Shown: positions 48,265-64,000 of the stretch, one piece after another
How positions within the stretch are numbered: position 1 is the first letter of the stretch
Layout of the letters: each line of letters begins with the position of its first letter
Origin: the human T2T-CHM13v2.0 reference genome, Homo sapiens
DNA: 64,000 bases
Direction: 5' to 3' (one strand)
NCBI RefSeq assembly: GCF_009914755.1
Contig: NC_060935.1
The notes under the pieces: model-generated
Seen by the model: the letters and a program-made list of their open reading frames with translations, nothing else
Told to the model about the DNA's origin: nothing
The model's database searches: none
Program-made: the position numbers and the translations under genes

Positions 48265-48477
48265 CAGTAGTTCTCAACTTAGAGTGATTTTTACCCCACA
48301 GGGGACATTTGACATTGTCTGTAGACATTTTTATTCTCACAATAAGAGGGTGCTACTAGTGTCTAATGGGTAGAGTCTAAGGATGCTGCTAAACATCCCA
48401 TGATGCACAGGGAAATTCCTCACAATAGTGAATTATTCATCCAAAAATGTTAACAGTGCCGAGGTTGAGAAACCTTG
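48265..48477. mobile_element. MER20 hAT-Charlie MITE
   Basis: CAGTAGTTCTCAAC...CAGGGGACATTTG...GGATGCTGCTAAACATCC...GTGCCGAGGTTGAGAAACC with terminal inverted repeats. Confidence 0.92.
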
Positions 48478-48654
48478 GGCAAAAAAATTGAATTGGGTAA
48501 CTACATCACAAAAGATGAGTCTTAGGTGAGCAGTAAACATGAATTCAACTCAGTTGAAAGAACAGAAGCATTTTAAAACTGGATATTAATTTTAACTCAT
48601 CTACTTTTTGGCATTCCAAAGGCTTTTATTTTTCAGTAGCAGTTAGCACAGATT

Positions 48655-49770
48655 TTCATTTATTCATTATTTATTATACACTGGTGTGTGCCAAATATCA
48701 CCCATGAAGACATAAAAATAAATAAGGCATGGCTGCTGTCCTTAGGAAGTTCAAACTCACTTGAGGGGATGCTGACCGAAAATCCAATCATTTTTATGTA
48801 ATGTGTAAGTGCTCTGATAGTCATGTAATGGAAGCAAACTCATGTAATGGAAGGAACTCTGTCTGGGTCAGAGAGACTTTCAATTATGAAGATTAGAAAT
48901 TTTTTTTGAATAGGAAGTTTGACTACAATTTGAGATTTATGATATGCTTGTACAATCTCAGTCTACTGGATTTTTAATATGCTTTGTCATTACGTACTTC
49001 TGGTATGCTTTTAAAAATCCCAGAATTCATTTCAAATTCATTTATATGGGCTTATGCTTTTACCAAGCATGAACAAAGTAAAAGATATTTTCTACAGTCT
49101 TTGGGAACAGAGTCACACATCTGAATTAATAGACTTTTTCTGAGGAAAATGGCCACCCGAATGTCATTCACATAATGTGAGTTCTTAGGATGTTACTAAT
49201 GCATCCACCATAGTCCTTTTGATTGCAAATCAAGAGTCATGGTGAGTTTATTCAAATCTCTTCATTTCCTAAGCAATTTCCCATGTAGACAATTTTTTGT
49301 AACCTTTACTGTCTAAATAGCAACACTCAGAAGGTAAATCAATATTTCCTCAGTGTCATTTGGAAATAAAGATGTGTTGAGTAAACTGATGGACAGTTCA
49401 CAGAATACTTGTAACATGGGACAGATACTATGCTAGGTTCTGGGGCTACAAAGACGAAGGGGAGAGACAAGTGAGGAAATGAATATGATCATTTTGCTGT
49501 GTGCAGTTCCCATCCCTTCCCTCTATCAATCACCAATCATGTTTCTGCTCACTACATTTTGAATCTGTGGATATCTCTCAGTTACAGCCACCAGTCAAAG
49601 CCACCAACATCCTTCTTTGGTGTCTTGTAATAGCCTCTTAACTGGTGTCCTGACATTCTCCCTGGCTACAGAGTAAGGAATGGCATGGCTAGAGGATAAA
49701 AGTGATCTCTTAAAATTCAATTTTGATCTCTTCACTCCTCTGTTTAAACATTTTAATGGCTATGTTGGTC
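48655..49770. mobile_element. Several L2 fragments
   Basis: TTCATTTATTCATT...GCTGTCCTTAGGAAGTTCA; GTAATAGCCTCTTAACTGGTGTCC. Confidence 0.5.
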
Positions 49771-50954
49771 TTTTATTAGGAATTACCTCTTAGAAAACTG
49801 AAACAGATCTATGGCCTTACAGGAAATAAAAAAGTCATCAAAATGACCTAATGAGCAATAGATAATTTGTATTTCTTTAGGAGTCCAGTCATCTCATTGA
49901 GCTATTCAGATCTTTTGGCATATTTTGTAAGCTACTCTTACCAATTCCTGATAAAACCCACTTTATTTTTTATTGTTCATTTTTTGTCTTTGTGCCTTTT
50001 TCCTTTTTTCTTAGATTAGCTAGTATCTTATCTGTTTTATTTTGTGTACCTTTAAAGCACATCACACGTATATTAGTGATCCTACTTTTTTTATTTTATA
50101 GCAATTTCTAATTTGTTATTTTTCCTTTCTTTTTATAGCTTAGATTCATTTTATGGCCCTTTTCTGTCTTCTTGAGTTGAATGCTTACTATAAATTATAC
50201 AGACACTCAAATTCAAGCTATGAATTTCTTCAGTCATAGATTTAGTCATATTTATATTTTTTAATATTTTTATATATAGTAAATTCAATATTAGTATCTT
50301 TTAGACATTGTGAAATTTTGTTTTTTATCTTTGAAGATATCTGAATTTAGGAGATTTTTTAAAAATTTGAAGTAATGGGTTTTTTGTTTTTGTTCTTTTC
50401 ATTGGGATTATTTTCTGATTATATTGCATTTTGGTCAGATAATTTCTAATTTGGTAAATTTATTGAATTTTTGGTGACTTAAACTTTGGTAAGTTTTTAT
50501 AAACTGTTCCATGAGCATTTAACCATCAACGTGATGAAAAGAAGGTCTATTCTGTTAAGTCATGCTGATGCAGAGGATCTGTAGTCGTTGTAAGGTTATG
50601 AGAGGATTGTTAAAATGATTGATATCTTAGAAAAAGATTCAGGGCTTAAAATCTCCAAGTAGAACAAATTTAGACAAGATCAAGTTCTAATGTATAACCA
50701 TGGGAGTGGTTAGTGACAGACAAAATGATGAGAAGCCAAATCTATAAGCCTCAAGCAGTAATGGAATTAAGCCATGAAAGCATCATTGAGAATTTGAAGG
50801 ATGCTGCCTCACCTTCTGACCTTTTTTTATGTAAAATGCAAGAGAATAAGCAGCCCTCATAGAAGTACCTTCAGAAGAAGTTGTATCTTCTAGAACAGCT
50901 ATGATTTAGTTAGGTCTGGGGAAAGTTCTTTGAGAAAAGGAAATATACATATAA

Positions 50955-51085
50955 TAGGATTGGCCCTATATCCCTGTTTGGTCAGAACAGAACCAGTTCA
51001 TAGTCTGTTGCCTGGCTTAAGTGTTAATGTTTCCTTCGCTCTCTAAACTGTCTCAGTTTGGAAGATAAATTATATGGTCACCCTA
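50955..51085 (-). mobile_element. MER94 hAT-Blackjack MITE
   Basis: Reverse complement starts TAGGGTGACCATATAATTTATCTTCCAAACTGAGACA; degenerate second TIR. Confidence 0.8.
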
Positions 51086-51399
51086 GAAAAAAAGAGATAA
51101 TGTTTTTGAAATCCATGCAAAATTATAAAGAGCTCCATGTAAATGTTGGGAAGAGAAAAGAGACAGAAGTAATGATCAAGGGATAACAAGGCACCGAATG
51201 GTTTGGAAATAAGAATTTCCCTTGTCTCTGACTTTAAAGAGAAAATTAAAGCCAGCTAATGGTAATTCCTGATACACTCTCCCACCAAACTCACATAGTT
51301 ATGGAGTCCACACAGTATTCTTTATTATTTGTCTGTTAAATAAGACATATTGCCTTCCTGCCTAAGGATAAACTCTCTGTCCGTACTCCTGTACCTCCT

Positions 51400-53310
51400 T
51401 TCATTTCCGTAGGTGACTTGCTTTCCTGCTTTACCAGTCCCTTGCCTCTTTCAATTTATGGCCCATCAGGATTTAATTATGCTTAAATGTCTCCCCTATC
51501 TTAAGAATAATAAATTCTCTCCAAAATAATACACTTCCAGCTGCTATAATGTGGTTTTCTGTATCTATTATCACTTCTTCACCTTTCATTCATGCTTAAA
51601 CCCTCTATAATCTGGCCTCAGCTCCTCAACTTCATTGAGACTGGTTTTCAAGTTCACCAATGATGTTCAAAGTCACTTTTCCATTCAAATATTTCCTTAA
51701 CTTTAAGTGCTAAACAACCCTTCTCCCATCCTGAAACTGATATGGACAGGAGGCAGGGAAATACTAGGCAGAAAAGGGGAGGGGTCCCTGGCGAAGCCCC
51801 ACCCTCAAGCCTGAATCCATGGCCCAAAGTGAGAACATGCATTCCTGTTTTCCTGCTCAAATGTTACTTTTTGGCCTGCCTTACCCTCCATCATGTACCC
51901 CCAAAAACCTGAGGCTCTACTGGCAGAGGGACAGCAAAGTGGCTGAGTGGCAGAGTGGAGCAGCAGAGAAAGAGAGAAAAGAAGAAGCAGCCAGATGTCA
52001 GAGAGAAGCAGCTTGACTTCAGAGGGATGGCTTATCAACAGGACTTTGGAGAAGACTTTGGCCAGGGATGTCCAAACTCCAGGGGAAGACCACCCTCCCA
52101 CTCCATCCCCTTTCCAGCTCGCCATACCACTGAGAACCACTTCCACTGTTCAATAAATTCTTCCACATTCACCACCCTTCAATTCATTCATGCAACCTGA
52201 TTGTTCCTGGATGCCAGACAACAACTCGGGTACCAAGAGGGTGAGTGCAAAAGGTTGTTACCCTGACCCTCCACTGAGCTGTTAAACATTTAAGCAAAGC
52301 TAAAAGAGTACACTGTAACAGATGCCCTCTCGGGCTCCAGGGGTCACGGGTACTCCCCTAGATGCTGCCATGGGGCCTGACAGGGTTCTATTCCTGCTGG
52401 TGCCCAGAAGCACCTATCCAAGCCCCTGTACCTGCTTACCTGTGTGCTCCCTTCCTGTGAGGTGTTGAGAGTTGCAGGCTGAGTAAACAAGCCAACCCCT
52501 TTGCAAGGGGTCAAGGGAACTACCCGTCTCAAAACCATCTCTTCTTTTGATAACAACATACTCCCTAATGTTCTTCTTAGCTCTCTCTCAACCCTTGTTA
52601 GAGTTTCCTTTTGACCTCATTTTTACTATTCACCCTTTCAATGCTGATATTTATTAGGTTCTGTCGAAGTTCCTCTTATTTTCTCATTCTTCCTGATAAC
52701 TCTTATCCATTCCTTTTTTAATTTAATTTTTTTTACTATTTTGTGTTAGCTAAGGTCCCTAAAGTCTCTATCTCCCACCCAAATCCTGCCCTTTCCTCCT
52801 GAAATTCAGATCAGTATATACAGCTGCTTACTAAATATCTCCAGTTGACCATCCCACAAACACCTCAAGTCAGCCTGTCTACAATTAAAATCATATCTTG
52901 TGCTCAAACACGCTATTCCCTGATGGTCCTCATCTAGGTTAATAGTACTCAATTGCTCAAGCTGGAAGTATGGGTGTTATTGTGTCCATTCTCCCTTCCC
53001 TTTGCTCTGGTATCTACCTAACTCCAAAGGACTTTTCCATTTTTTATGTCAAAATTTGTCTACTTGTCTCCATTTACATAGACACTACTACACCTTTTAA
53101 CTGGTCTGCCTCCTTCTATCTTAATTTCCAAACTCTTCCCCTACCCGCCAGGTATACACACGGAGACATACTCACCTACAACCCATTCTCCATATTGTAC
53201 CAAGCAATCTCCCTAAAATGTGAATATGATCAGAGCACCCTCTTTCTTAAAAAAAAAATGCAATGTCTTCTCATTGCCTTGAGGAAAACTTCAAATTCTT
53301 ATAACTAGCT
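51400..53310 (+). mobile_element. L2 body interrupted by MER50
   Basis: CT-rich sense L2 text (CAAGTTCACCAATGA, CTCCTGAAATTCAGA...CAGCTGCTTACTAAATATCTCC) on both sides of the LTR. Confidence 0.65.
51738..52531 (+). mobile_element. MER50-family ERV1 solo LTR
   Basis: TGATATGGACAGGAGGCAGGGAAATACT...CCCGTCTCA, internal AATAAA, 4-bp TSD AAAC. Confidence 0.9.
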
Positions 53311-54939
53311 TCTTGCAGTATCTCCATTTGGTGGGGTATAACCTTGAAAAAAATTTTTTTTTTCTCCTTTCACTCCTGATGGTCAGTATTGGCTCTCCTT
53401 TCCTTGCTTAGAAGCAGGATCCTTCATGACATTTTGGGCAGATTTCTTAACACCTGAGTCATATTAGTATATTAAAAGTCCATTAAGTTTAAAAGGGCAA
53501 TTTCCTATTAAGGGTCAATCTAATCTCCTTCACTCTTCCTTTTGTAAGTCAAGTGTATGGAGTTGGGAGAGAGAGCCCTGTTCTTGAGCTCTCTGCTTGG
53601 ATGAGGCTGCAGGATGTAGGATATGCATCTGGAATACTTTATTCTTCTCTCTCTTCAAAGTTCGAACTCCTAGGCTATGCCAGGACAGGGAAGGGGCAGG
53701 CAACATCTGTTTCTCCCTAAACTGTGCTGGTGGTTCTTCCAGTCCTTTCTCTGTTGGTTTTTGCTGCTTCTCTGGCCTGACCCTGGGTCTGACTTCTCTG
53801 GGTCTGACTGACCCTCTAAACTCTTGGTGTGTCAGGCACTCAAATGCTGATTCTTCTATTGGGGTTGAGGGAAACTTATGTAGATTCTTTGGAGGGACTT
53901 CTTAGGTGGAGAGGTGCAGGCATTGTTGCCGTTCCCTGATGGGAGAGATCGAGCTCCCCATTGAGCTCTTCTAACCCTGTTCAGCAACCACTCCTAGTGA
54001 TTTCTACTCAGCAACTTCTCCCTACTGGATTTTCTTGCTAGACAGCCTTGAAAGAGGGCTGTGCAATGTACAAAATATTGCCATATAAAGTAGTTGGATG
54101 CAGGGCACTCTGCCGTAGCCTCTTTCTCTGATATCTTCCTCCAATTCATTTTGTCCTATGTGGGTAGGAGAAGGGGAGTTCCACAATTTGGCCACTTAAA
54201 CAGATATCTAGCTAGGGGCTATACATATTACTCCTTCTGCACATCACCTGAGTGACTCTATTCAACTTTCAAGTCTAATTTGCCATGTCACTTTTTCCAC
54301 ACTATGTTTCTAAAATTCTGTATTTATCCACTGCGGCCCATTTAACTACTTGAGGTACAAAGACAACCTTCAGAGAGATCTCTTTCACTGAGAGCAGTCA
54401 GAGGCCCAAAGGTGGCCTGATTCCTCTTATGTTTTACTCCTGATTTCAGGGGAGCCAGCTCTGCTCTCTGGCTTAAGCCCTTCTCCCCTTTTTACCTGAA
54501 GCTCTATGACATCAACACCCACTTTTCACAGGCATTTTTTCCAGTCAACACTTTTGAAAATAAAAACTGGTTACCCTTTTTTGGGTATGAGAGGAGCCAA
54601 AAGTTGTAGAACACAAAGTTCTAACTACCCTTTTGGGACAGGAGAAGAAAAACATCCCTCATTTTTATAATAAGGTTTTAGTTGATAAAAAAAAAATAGA
54701 TAATATATTAATTGGGAATTTATTCCATATTACTTTTTTCTTTTGTTTTTAGTTGACACATAATAGTTGTACACATTTATGAGATACAGAGTGATATTTT
54801 GATACTTGTATACAATTTGTAATGATCAAATCAAGGTTATTAGCATTAAGGTATAATTATAATTTCTTTGTGTTGGGAAAATTCAAAATCCTCATTTTTA
54901 CCTTCATGAAAATATGCAATAAGTTGTTCACTATATTCA

Positions 54940-55879
54940 TCCAGAAAACATTTGTTAACTGTGCATCTCACAAAGGTCTAATAGCCAGCATCTATAAGGA
55001 ACTTAAATTTACAAGAGAAAAGCAACCCCATTAAAAAGTGGGTAAAGGACATGAACAACACTTTTCGAAAGAAGACATACATGTGGCCAACAAGCATATG
55101 AAAAAAAGCTCAATATCACTGATCACTAGAGAAATGCAAATCAAAACCACAATGAGATACCATCTCACACTAATCAGAATCTTTATTATTAAAAAGTCAA
55201 AAATAATAGATGCTGCTCATCTGTGGAGAAAAAGGAACACTTATCCACTGTTGGCAGGAGGGTAAATTAGTTCATTGTGGAAAGCAGTATGGAAATTCCT
55301 CAATGAACTAAAAACAGAACTACCATTTGACCCAGCAATCCCATTACTGGGTATATACCCAGAGGAATATAAATCATTCTACCGTAAAGACACATGCACA
55401 TGAATGTTCATTGCAGCACCATTCACAATAGCAAAGACATGAAATCAACCTAAATGCCCATGAATGACAGATTGGATAAATAAAACATGGCACATACATA
55501 CCATGGAATACTATGCAACCATAAAAAATGAGATTATGTCTTTTTCAGGAACATGGATGGAGCTGGAGGCCATTATCCTTAGCAAACTAATATAGGAACA
55601 GAAAACCAAATACCACATGTTCTCACTTATGAGTGGGAACTATACGGTGAGAACTCATGAACAACACAAAGAAGAGAACAACAGACACTGGAGTCTACTT
55701 AAAGCTGGAGGATGGGAGGAGGGAGTGGAGCAGAAAATATAACTACTGAGTACTGGGTAATACCTGGGCAATGAAATAATCTGTACAACAAACACCCATG
55801 ACACGAGTTTACCTATATAATAAACCTTTTCATGTACCCCTGAACCTAAAATGAAAGTTTTTTTAAAAAAAAAAAAAAA
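54940..55879 (+). mobile_element. 5'-truncated L1PA13-15-like element nested in L1MA
   Basis: ORF2 tail, 3'UTR and poly(A); TSD core ATATTCA. Confidence 0.9.
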
Positions 55880-56902
55880 CATATTCACTCTACAGTGCTG
55901 CAGAGCACTAGAACTTAGTCCTTCTACTTAACTGTAATTTTGTATCTGTTAACTAACTCTCGCTAACTTCCTCTCCCTCCTACCCTTCCCAGCTACTAAT
56001 CATGACAATTCTACTTTCTACTTCCATGAGCTCAACTTCTTTTTGCTGCCACATGTGACTGAGAACATGCAGTACTCATTTTTCTGTGCCTAATTTCACT
56101 TCACATAATGTCCTCCAGTCTCATCCATGTTGCCTTGAAAGACAGAATTTTATTCTTTTTAATGGCTGAATAAGATTCCATTGTGTGGGTACACACACAC
56201 ATACACACACTACATTTTCCTTATCTGTTCATCCACTGATGGACATTTAAGTTGATTTCATATCTTGGCTATTGTGAATAGTGCTGCGATAGACGTACGG
56301 GTGCAGATATCTCTTCAATATACTGATGTCCTTTCCTTGGATATATACCCAGTAATGGAATTGCTAGATTGTATGTTCTACTTTTAGTTTTTTGAGAAAA
56401 CTTCATACTGTTTTCTGTAATGGCTGAACTAGTTTACATTCCCACCCACGGTGTATAAGAGTTCCTTTTATGTTCTCACCAGCATTTACTTTTTATCTTT
56501 TTAGTAATAGCCATTCTAACTGGGGTGAGATGATATTTCATTGTGGTTTTGATTTGGAGTTCCCTGATGATTAGTGATGCTGAGCATTTTTTCTCATACT
56601 TGTTGGCCATTTACATATCTTTTTTTTTTTTGAAAAATGTCTATTCAGATCCTTTGCCCATTCTTTAATTGGATTATTGGTTTTTTTTATTGTTTCTTTT
56701 TATACTCTGTATATTACTCCCTTGTCAAATAAATAGTTTGCAAATATTTTCTTATATTCTACAGATTGTCTCTTCACTCTGTTGATTGTTTCCTTTGCTG
56801 TACAGAAGCTTTTTTAGTATAATACAGTCTCATTTTTCTGTTTTTGTTTTTGTTGCCTGTACTTCAAGGTCTTACCCATAAAATCGTTACCAAGACCAAC
56901 AT

Positions 56903-57661
<759 letters not shown>

Positions 57662-58212
57662 AATGTCCTGAAGAGTTTATTCTGTGTTATCTTCTAATGG
57701 TTTTAGAGTTTTGGGTCTTACATTTAAGTCTTTAATTCCTTTTGAGTTAATTTTTGTATATGTTGAGAGATAGATGGTCTAGATTCAGTCTTCTGCATAT
57801 GGATACCAAGTTTTCCCAGCACCATTTATTGAAGAGACTTTCCCCAGTGCATGTTCTTGGTGAACATTTACTGAAGAGTCCTTTCCCCATTACATGTTGG
57901 TAATGCCTTTGTGGAAAAATCAGTTGACTGTAAATATTTGGATTTATTTCTGGGTTCTATACTCTTTTCTATGGGTCTATGTGTCTGGTTTTATGCCAGT
58001 ATCATACTGATTAGGTTACTATAGCTTTGGAATATATACTTTGAAGTAAGGTAGTATGATGCCTTCAGCTTTGTGTTTTTTCCTCAGTATTGCTTTTGCT
58101 ATTTGAAGTCTTTTGTGGTTCCATGTGGATTTTAGGTTTTATTTTTCTATTTCTGTGAAGAATGTCATTGGTATCTTCATAGGGATTACATTAAATCTGT
58201 AGATTGCTTTGA

Positions 58213-58534
<322 letters not shown>

Positions 58535-58982
58535 GTGTGGTCATTTTTGTAATATTGTTCTAATCCATTAACATGTGATGTCCTTTTTGTGTTCTGTTGA
58601 GTTCTTTTCACTAATATTTTATAATTTTCATTGTAGAGATTTTTAACCTCCTTGGTTAAATGTATTCCCAAGTATTGTATTTTTGTAGCTATTTTAAGTG
58701 TTTTTATTTTAAATTTTTTCAGCTAGTTGATTGTTAGTAGAGAAACGCTACTGTTTTTTAATGTTAACTTCATATCTTGCAACTTTACTGAAATTGCTTA
58801 TCGCTTCTAAGAGTCTTTTGGTGAAGTTGTTAGATTTTTCTCTATAGCAGATCATCTGTCATTTGCAAAGAGGGACAATTTGACTTTCCCTTTTCCAGTG
58901 TGGATGCCATTTCTTTCTTTCCCTTGCCTAATTGTTCTGCCTAAGACTTTCAGTACCACATTGAATAAGAGTGGTGAAAGTA

Positions 58983-59290
<308 letters not shown>

Positions 59291-60419
59291 AAGAGTGGTG
59301 AAAGTAGACATCCTTGTCTTGCTCTAGTTCTTACAGGCAAAACTTTCAGCTTTTCCTCATTCAGTATGATGTTAGCTGTGGGTTTGTCATATAGGGACTT
59401 TGTGGTGATGAAGTATGTTCTTTTTATACCTAATTTATTGAGAATTTTTATCATGAAGGGATGTTGAATGTTATCAAATGCTTTTTCTGCATCTATTGAA
59501 ATGATCATATGGTTTTTGTCCTTCATTCTGTTGATGTGATGTGTCACCTCTATCAATTTACATATGCTGAAACATCCTTTGATCCCTTCAATGAATCCCA
59601 CTAGATTGTATTGTATTATCTTTTCATTGTGCTTTTCAATTGAGTTTGCTAGTATTTTGTTGGGGATTTTTGCATCTATTTTCAGCACGGATAATGGTCT
59701 TTAGTTTTCTTTTATTGTTGTATCATTGTCTGGTTTTAGTATTGGGGTAATGCTGGTCATATAGAATAAATTAGAATTTCCTCCTCTTTAATTATTTGGA
59801 ATCATTTAAAAAGAATTGGTGATATTTCTTCTGTCAATGTTTGGTAAAATTTAGCAGTAAAGCCATCTGTCTTGGGCTTTTTATTGTTGGGAGACTTTTT
59901 ATTACTTATAATTTTGTTACCATTATTGGTCTGTTCAGGTTTTCTATTTCTACTTGGTTCAATCTTGGTTGCTTATATGTGTTCAGGAATTCATCTATTT
60001 CTTCTAGGTCTTCCCATTCGTTGATGTGTAGTTGTTCATAATCGCCTCTAATAATTCTTTGTATTTCTGTGGTATCAGTTATAATATCCCCTTTGTTGTT
60101 TGTGATTTTATTGATTGTGTCTTCTTCCTTCTTTTCTTAGTCTTCCTAATGGTTTCTCCATTGTGTTTATCTTTTTTAAAAAAACCAATTTTTTGTTTGT
60201 GTTATTTTTATGTCTCTATTTCATTTAGTTCTGCCGTGATCTTTCTGGTTTCTTTCCTTTTATTAATTTTTGTCTTAGTTCTTGCTTTTCTACTTTTTTG
60301 ATGTACATTGTTAGGTTGTTTATTTAAAATCTTTTTACTTTTTTGATATAGACATGTATTGCCATAAACTTCCCTCTTAGTACTGCTTTTGCTGTTTCCC
60401 ATAGGTTTTGGTACATTGT

Positions 60420-60816
60420 TGTATTAGTCCATTCTTGCACTGCTATAAAGAAATAACCGAAACTGGGTAATTTATAAAGAAAAGAGTTTTAATTGACTCA
60501 TGGTTATGCAGGCTGTACTGGCTTCAGCTTCTGGGGAGGTTTCAGAAAACTTAAAATCATGGTGGAAGCAAAAGGAAGCAGGCACATTTTACATGGCTGG
60601 AGCAGGAGGAAGGGGAGAGAGGTGGGAGGTACAACACACTTTTAAACAACCGGATCTTGTAAGAACTCTATCATGAGAACGGCACTAGAGTGATGGTGCT
60701 AAACCATGAGAAACCATCCCCATGATCCAATCACTTCCCCCTAGGCCCAACTCCAAAATTGGGGAATTATAATTTAACGTGAGATTTGGGCAGGGGCACA
60801 AATCCAAACCATATCA
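60420..60816 (-). mobile_element. MSTA-like MaLR solo LTR
   Basis: TGTATTAGTCC...CCAAACCATATCA with 5-bp TSD ATTGT. Confidence 0.92.
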
Positions 60817-63800
60817 ATTGTGTTTTTATTTTCACTTGTTTTAAGAAATTCTTTTGATTTATCTCTTAATTTTTTAAAAGACCCATTGGTCATTCAAAAG
60901 TATGTTGTTTAATTTTTATGTATTTTTACAGTTTTCAAAGTTTCTCTTACTGATTTCTAGTTTTGTTCCATTGTGGTGTAAGAAGATACTTGATACGATT
61001 TTGATTTTTGAAAAGCTATTGATATCTGTTTTGTGGGCTAACATATCATTTATTCTGGAAAATGTTTCATGTGCTTATGAGAAGAATGTGTATTTTACAG
61101 CTGTTGGAAAAAATGTTCTGCAAATGGTAGGTCCATTTAGTCTAAAGTCCAGTTTAAGTCCAATGTTTCTTAGTTGATTTTCTGTCAAGATAGTCTGTAC
61201 AATGCTGAAAGCCCAGTGTGGAAGTCTCCAACTATTATTGTATTGGGGTCTGTCTCTCTCTTTAACTCTGAAAATATTTGCTTTTTATATCTGGATGCTT
61301 CAGTGTTGGTTGCATAGATATAAGTGTTATTTCTTCTTGCTGAATTGACCCCTTTATCATTATATAATGACTTTCTTTGAATATTTTTATGTTTTTTTAT
61401 TTCAGTTCTATTTTGTCTGATATAATTACAGGTATTACCATACATGTTTTGTTTCCATTAGAATGTAATATCTTTTTACATCGCTTCACTTTCAGTCTGT
61501 GTGTGTCTTTACAGGTGAAGTGAGTTTTCTGTAGGCAGCATATAGTTGGGTATAGTTTTTTTTTACTCCATTCTGCCAGACTATATCTTGTAAATGGGGA
61601 ATTTAAACCATTTACAATCAAAGTTGTTATTGATAGATGAAGACTTACTCCTGTCGTTTTATTGTTTTCTGATTGTTTTGTATACCCTTTGTTACTTCTT
61701 CCTCTCATTGTTTATCTTTGTGGTTTGATGGTTTTCTGTAGTAATGATGCTTTCTCTTTTGTGTATCTGCTCTATTGGTGAGTTTTATATCTTCATGTGT
61801 TTTCATAATGACAGATATTGTTTTTCCCAGATGTAGAACTCCCTTAAGTATTTCTTGGAGGGCTGGTCTAGTGGTGATGAAATATCTCAGTTTTTGCTTG
61901 TCTGAGAAAGAATTTATTGTTTCTTCATTTTTGAAAGATAGCTTGGCTGAATATATACACTATTGTAGGCTAGCAGGGTTTTTTAAATTTTTTTTCAGCA
62001 CTTTGAATGTATCATTTCATTCTCTCCTGGCCTATAAAGTTTCTGCTGAGAAATCTGCTGTTAGCCTGATAGGGATTCCCTTATGTGTGGCTTGACTGTT
62101 TGTGGAACAGTCCCTCGCTGTTTATAGAATTCTCTCTTTGCCTCTGACTTTTGAGAGAGCGGATATTTTTGAGTTGAATCTAAGTCAGGGTATTTGAGCT
62201 TACTGGATCTGGATGTCTATAGCTCTCCTAAGACTTTGGATATTTTCAGTTATAATCTCACTGGATAAATTTTATATGCCTTTTCTTGTCTCCTCTCCTT
62301 CTGGAAATCCTGAAATTCAAACGTTTGTTTAATTAATGGTATCCCATATGTCAAGAAGGCTTACTTCATTCTTTTTTCTTCTCTTGACTTTTTTTGTCTG
62401 TATTTCAAAAACCCTGGCTTTAAGTTTAGAAATTCTTTCTGCTGCTTGATCTAGTCTATTATTGAAGCTCTGAGTAGTATTTTCATATCATTCATTGAAT
62501 TATTCAGTTCCAAGATATCTGTTTGGTCCTTTTTTGTAGTGTCTTTCTCTTTCTTGAATTTCTCATTCAGCTCATGAATTGTTTTCCTGATTTCTTTGTA
62601 TTGTCTATCTATGTTTTCTTATATCTCACTGAGTTTTCTTCAAAGAATTACTTTAAATTTCCTGTCAGGTATCTCATAATTTCCTTTTCTTTGGGATCTG
62701 AGCATGGAGAATTTTTGTCCTCTTTTGGAGGTGTTACGTTTCCCTGCTTTTTCATGTTTCTTTTGTCCCTATATTGATATCTGCACATCTGTTGTAACAG
62801 CCACTTCTAATTTTATGAAGTATCTTTTGTGGGAAAAGACTTCCTCCTGTAGACATATTTATAGTGTCAATTGAGTAGGATGCTTTGTCTTTGGTTCTGG
62901 GTAGCAGTAGTATAGTCTCTATATGATTTCTTTGACTGTAATCAACGTCAGTCGTGTCTGAGTTTCTCAGTGGCCTAGGCTGCAGTTGTTTGTGGAGGTC
63001 ATGGGGCAGTTTTACAAGGGGATATTGATAAACCCATCACTGGAAGGGGAGGGTTTACAAGCAGTGACAGTGGGGGATCCTGGGTAGGCTGTTCCTTGGG
63101 CCCCTAGGTAGAGTACACGGGCATCAGTGATGACAGCAGTTGGCCCCAAGTGAGCTGGTCTTCAGGCTCCAAACAATACTCATGGTGCTGGTGGTGGCAG
63201 CAGACCTTGGCCAGGCACAGATGGTGGATCCACTGGAGGGGAAGGGGTTGCTGTTAGTGTGCAAACCCCAGGCTGGTGGCACTCAGGTTCTAGGGAATAC
63301 TTGCTTTGCTTCTCTGTTTCCTGGGTGTAGACTCTCTGATATACTTGACCACCTGTTCTTCAGGGTGGAGAGTACTGCATGAGCTCTATTTTGGGGATGT
63401 GACTGGGAACATAGACCACTGGGTCCAGGTGATGTCACAGTGCTGCAGCCCTCTATGGATGTGGGGGGATGGGCTATTGGCCTTAGGGCAAGATGTAGTG
63501 TGGCGGTGGCTCCAACCTCAAAATAACACCATACTGCAGCGGCCTGGTTCCAAGGGGGTTTGGGGACCAATTTTTTATTTCCTCTCCGAAACAATGCAGA
63601 TGTGTGGACTCCAGGAAGCTCTTTGCACAATGCTCAGGACCTGTAAGGGCTGCAGAGCTCTTTTGTAGTCAGGATTGTGGGCCTCTGTGGTGGGAATGTA
63701 GACTTCTTGGGATTTCTTGTTTACATTTTCCTCACAACATGGAGTCCCTCCTAGCTCTGAGCTAATCCTGGCCAACTGCTTCACTTCCCTCTCCATGCTT

Positions 63801-64000
63801 CCACTGTGAATTTCTGTGCTTCATAGTGTCTTTGCCATTTCCTCGCTAAATTCCAGTGTTCTTCTTCAGTTGCTCTATTTGATATGTGATTATCTATTAT
63901 GTTATTTTAGTCATTTTTTTGTGGAAGAGGTGAGTTCTTGGTGCTTCTTGTCAGCCATCTTGATAGCCAAGAGTATTGCATTTAAAAAATCAACATTAAA

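Noticed and set aside
50725-50819. ATGATGA...CTGA box C/D-like spacing
   Set aside because: No terminal stem and no convincing rRNA or snRNA guide

Overview
AT-rich, transposon-dense primate DNA that is almost certainly human, because it holds a near-consensus AluYb-lineage element at 58983-59290. I found no credible protein-coding gene, RNA gene or CRISPR array. Nearly all long ORFs in the track are broken L1 ORF1/ORF2 pieces, antisense readings of L1, Alu or LTR sequence, or microsatellite artefacts. The window contains three large minus-strand L1PA copies: a full-length L1PA6/7-like copy with an intact antisense ORF0-like frame, a twin-primed L1PA4-like copy, and a 5'-truncated L1PA7-like copy. 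It also contains an apparently full-length ancient L1MA carrying five nested insertions, plus solo LTRs, Alus, hAT fossils, L2 and MIR. I cannot support a new biological system. The most unusual signals are DNA-level fold-back or template-switch products (an AT-rich quasi-palindrome at 45.05-45.73 kb, a perfect 24-bp palindrome, and templated inserts in two L1 RT domains), a close head-to-head pair of young Alus, and an AT-to-GC substitution cluster in one AluY. Subfamily names come from remembered consensus sequences, and boundaries without a TSD are approximate.
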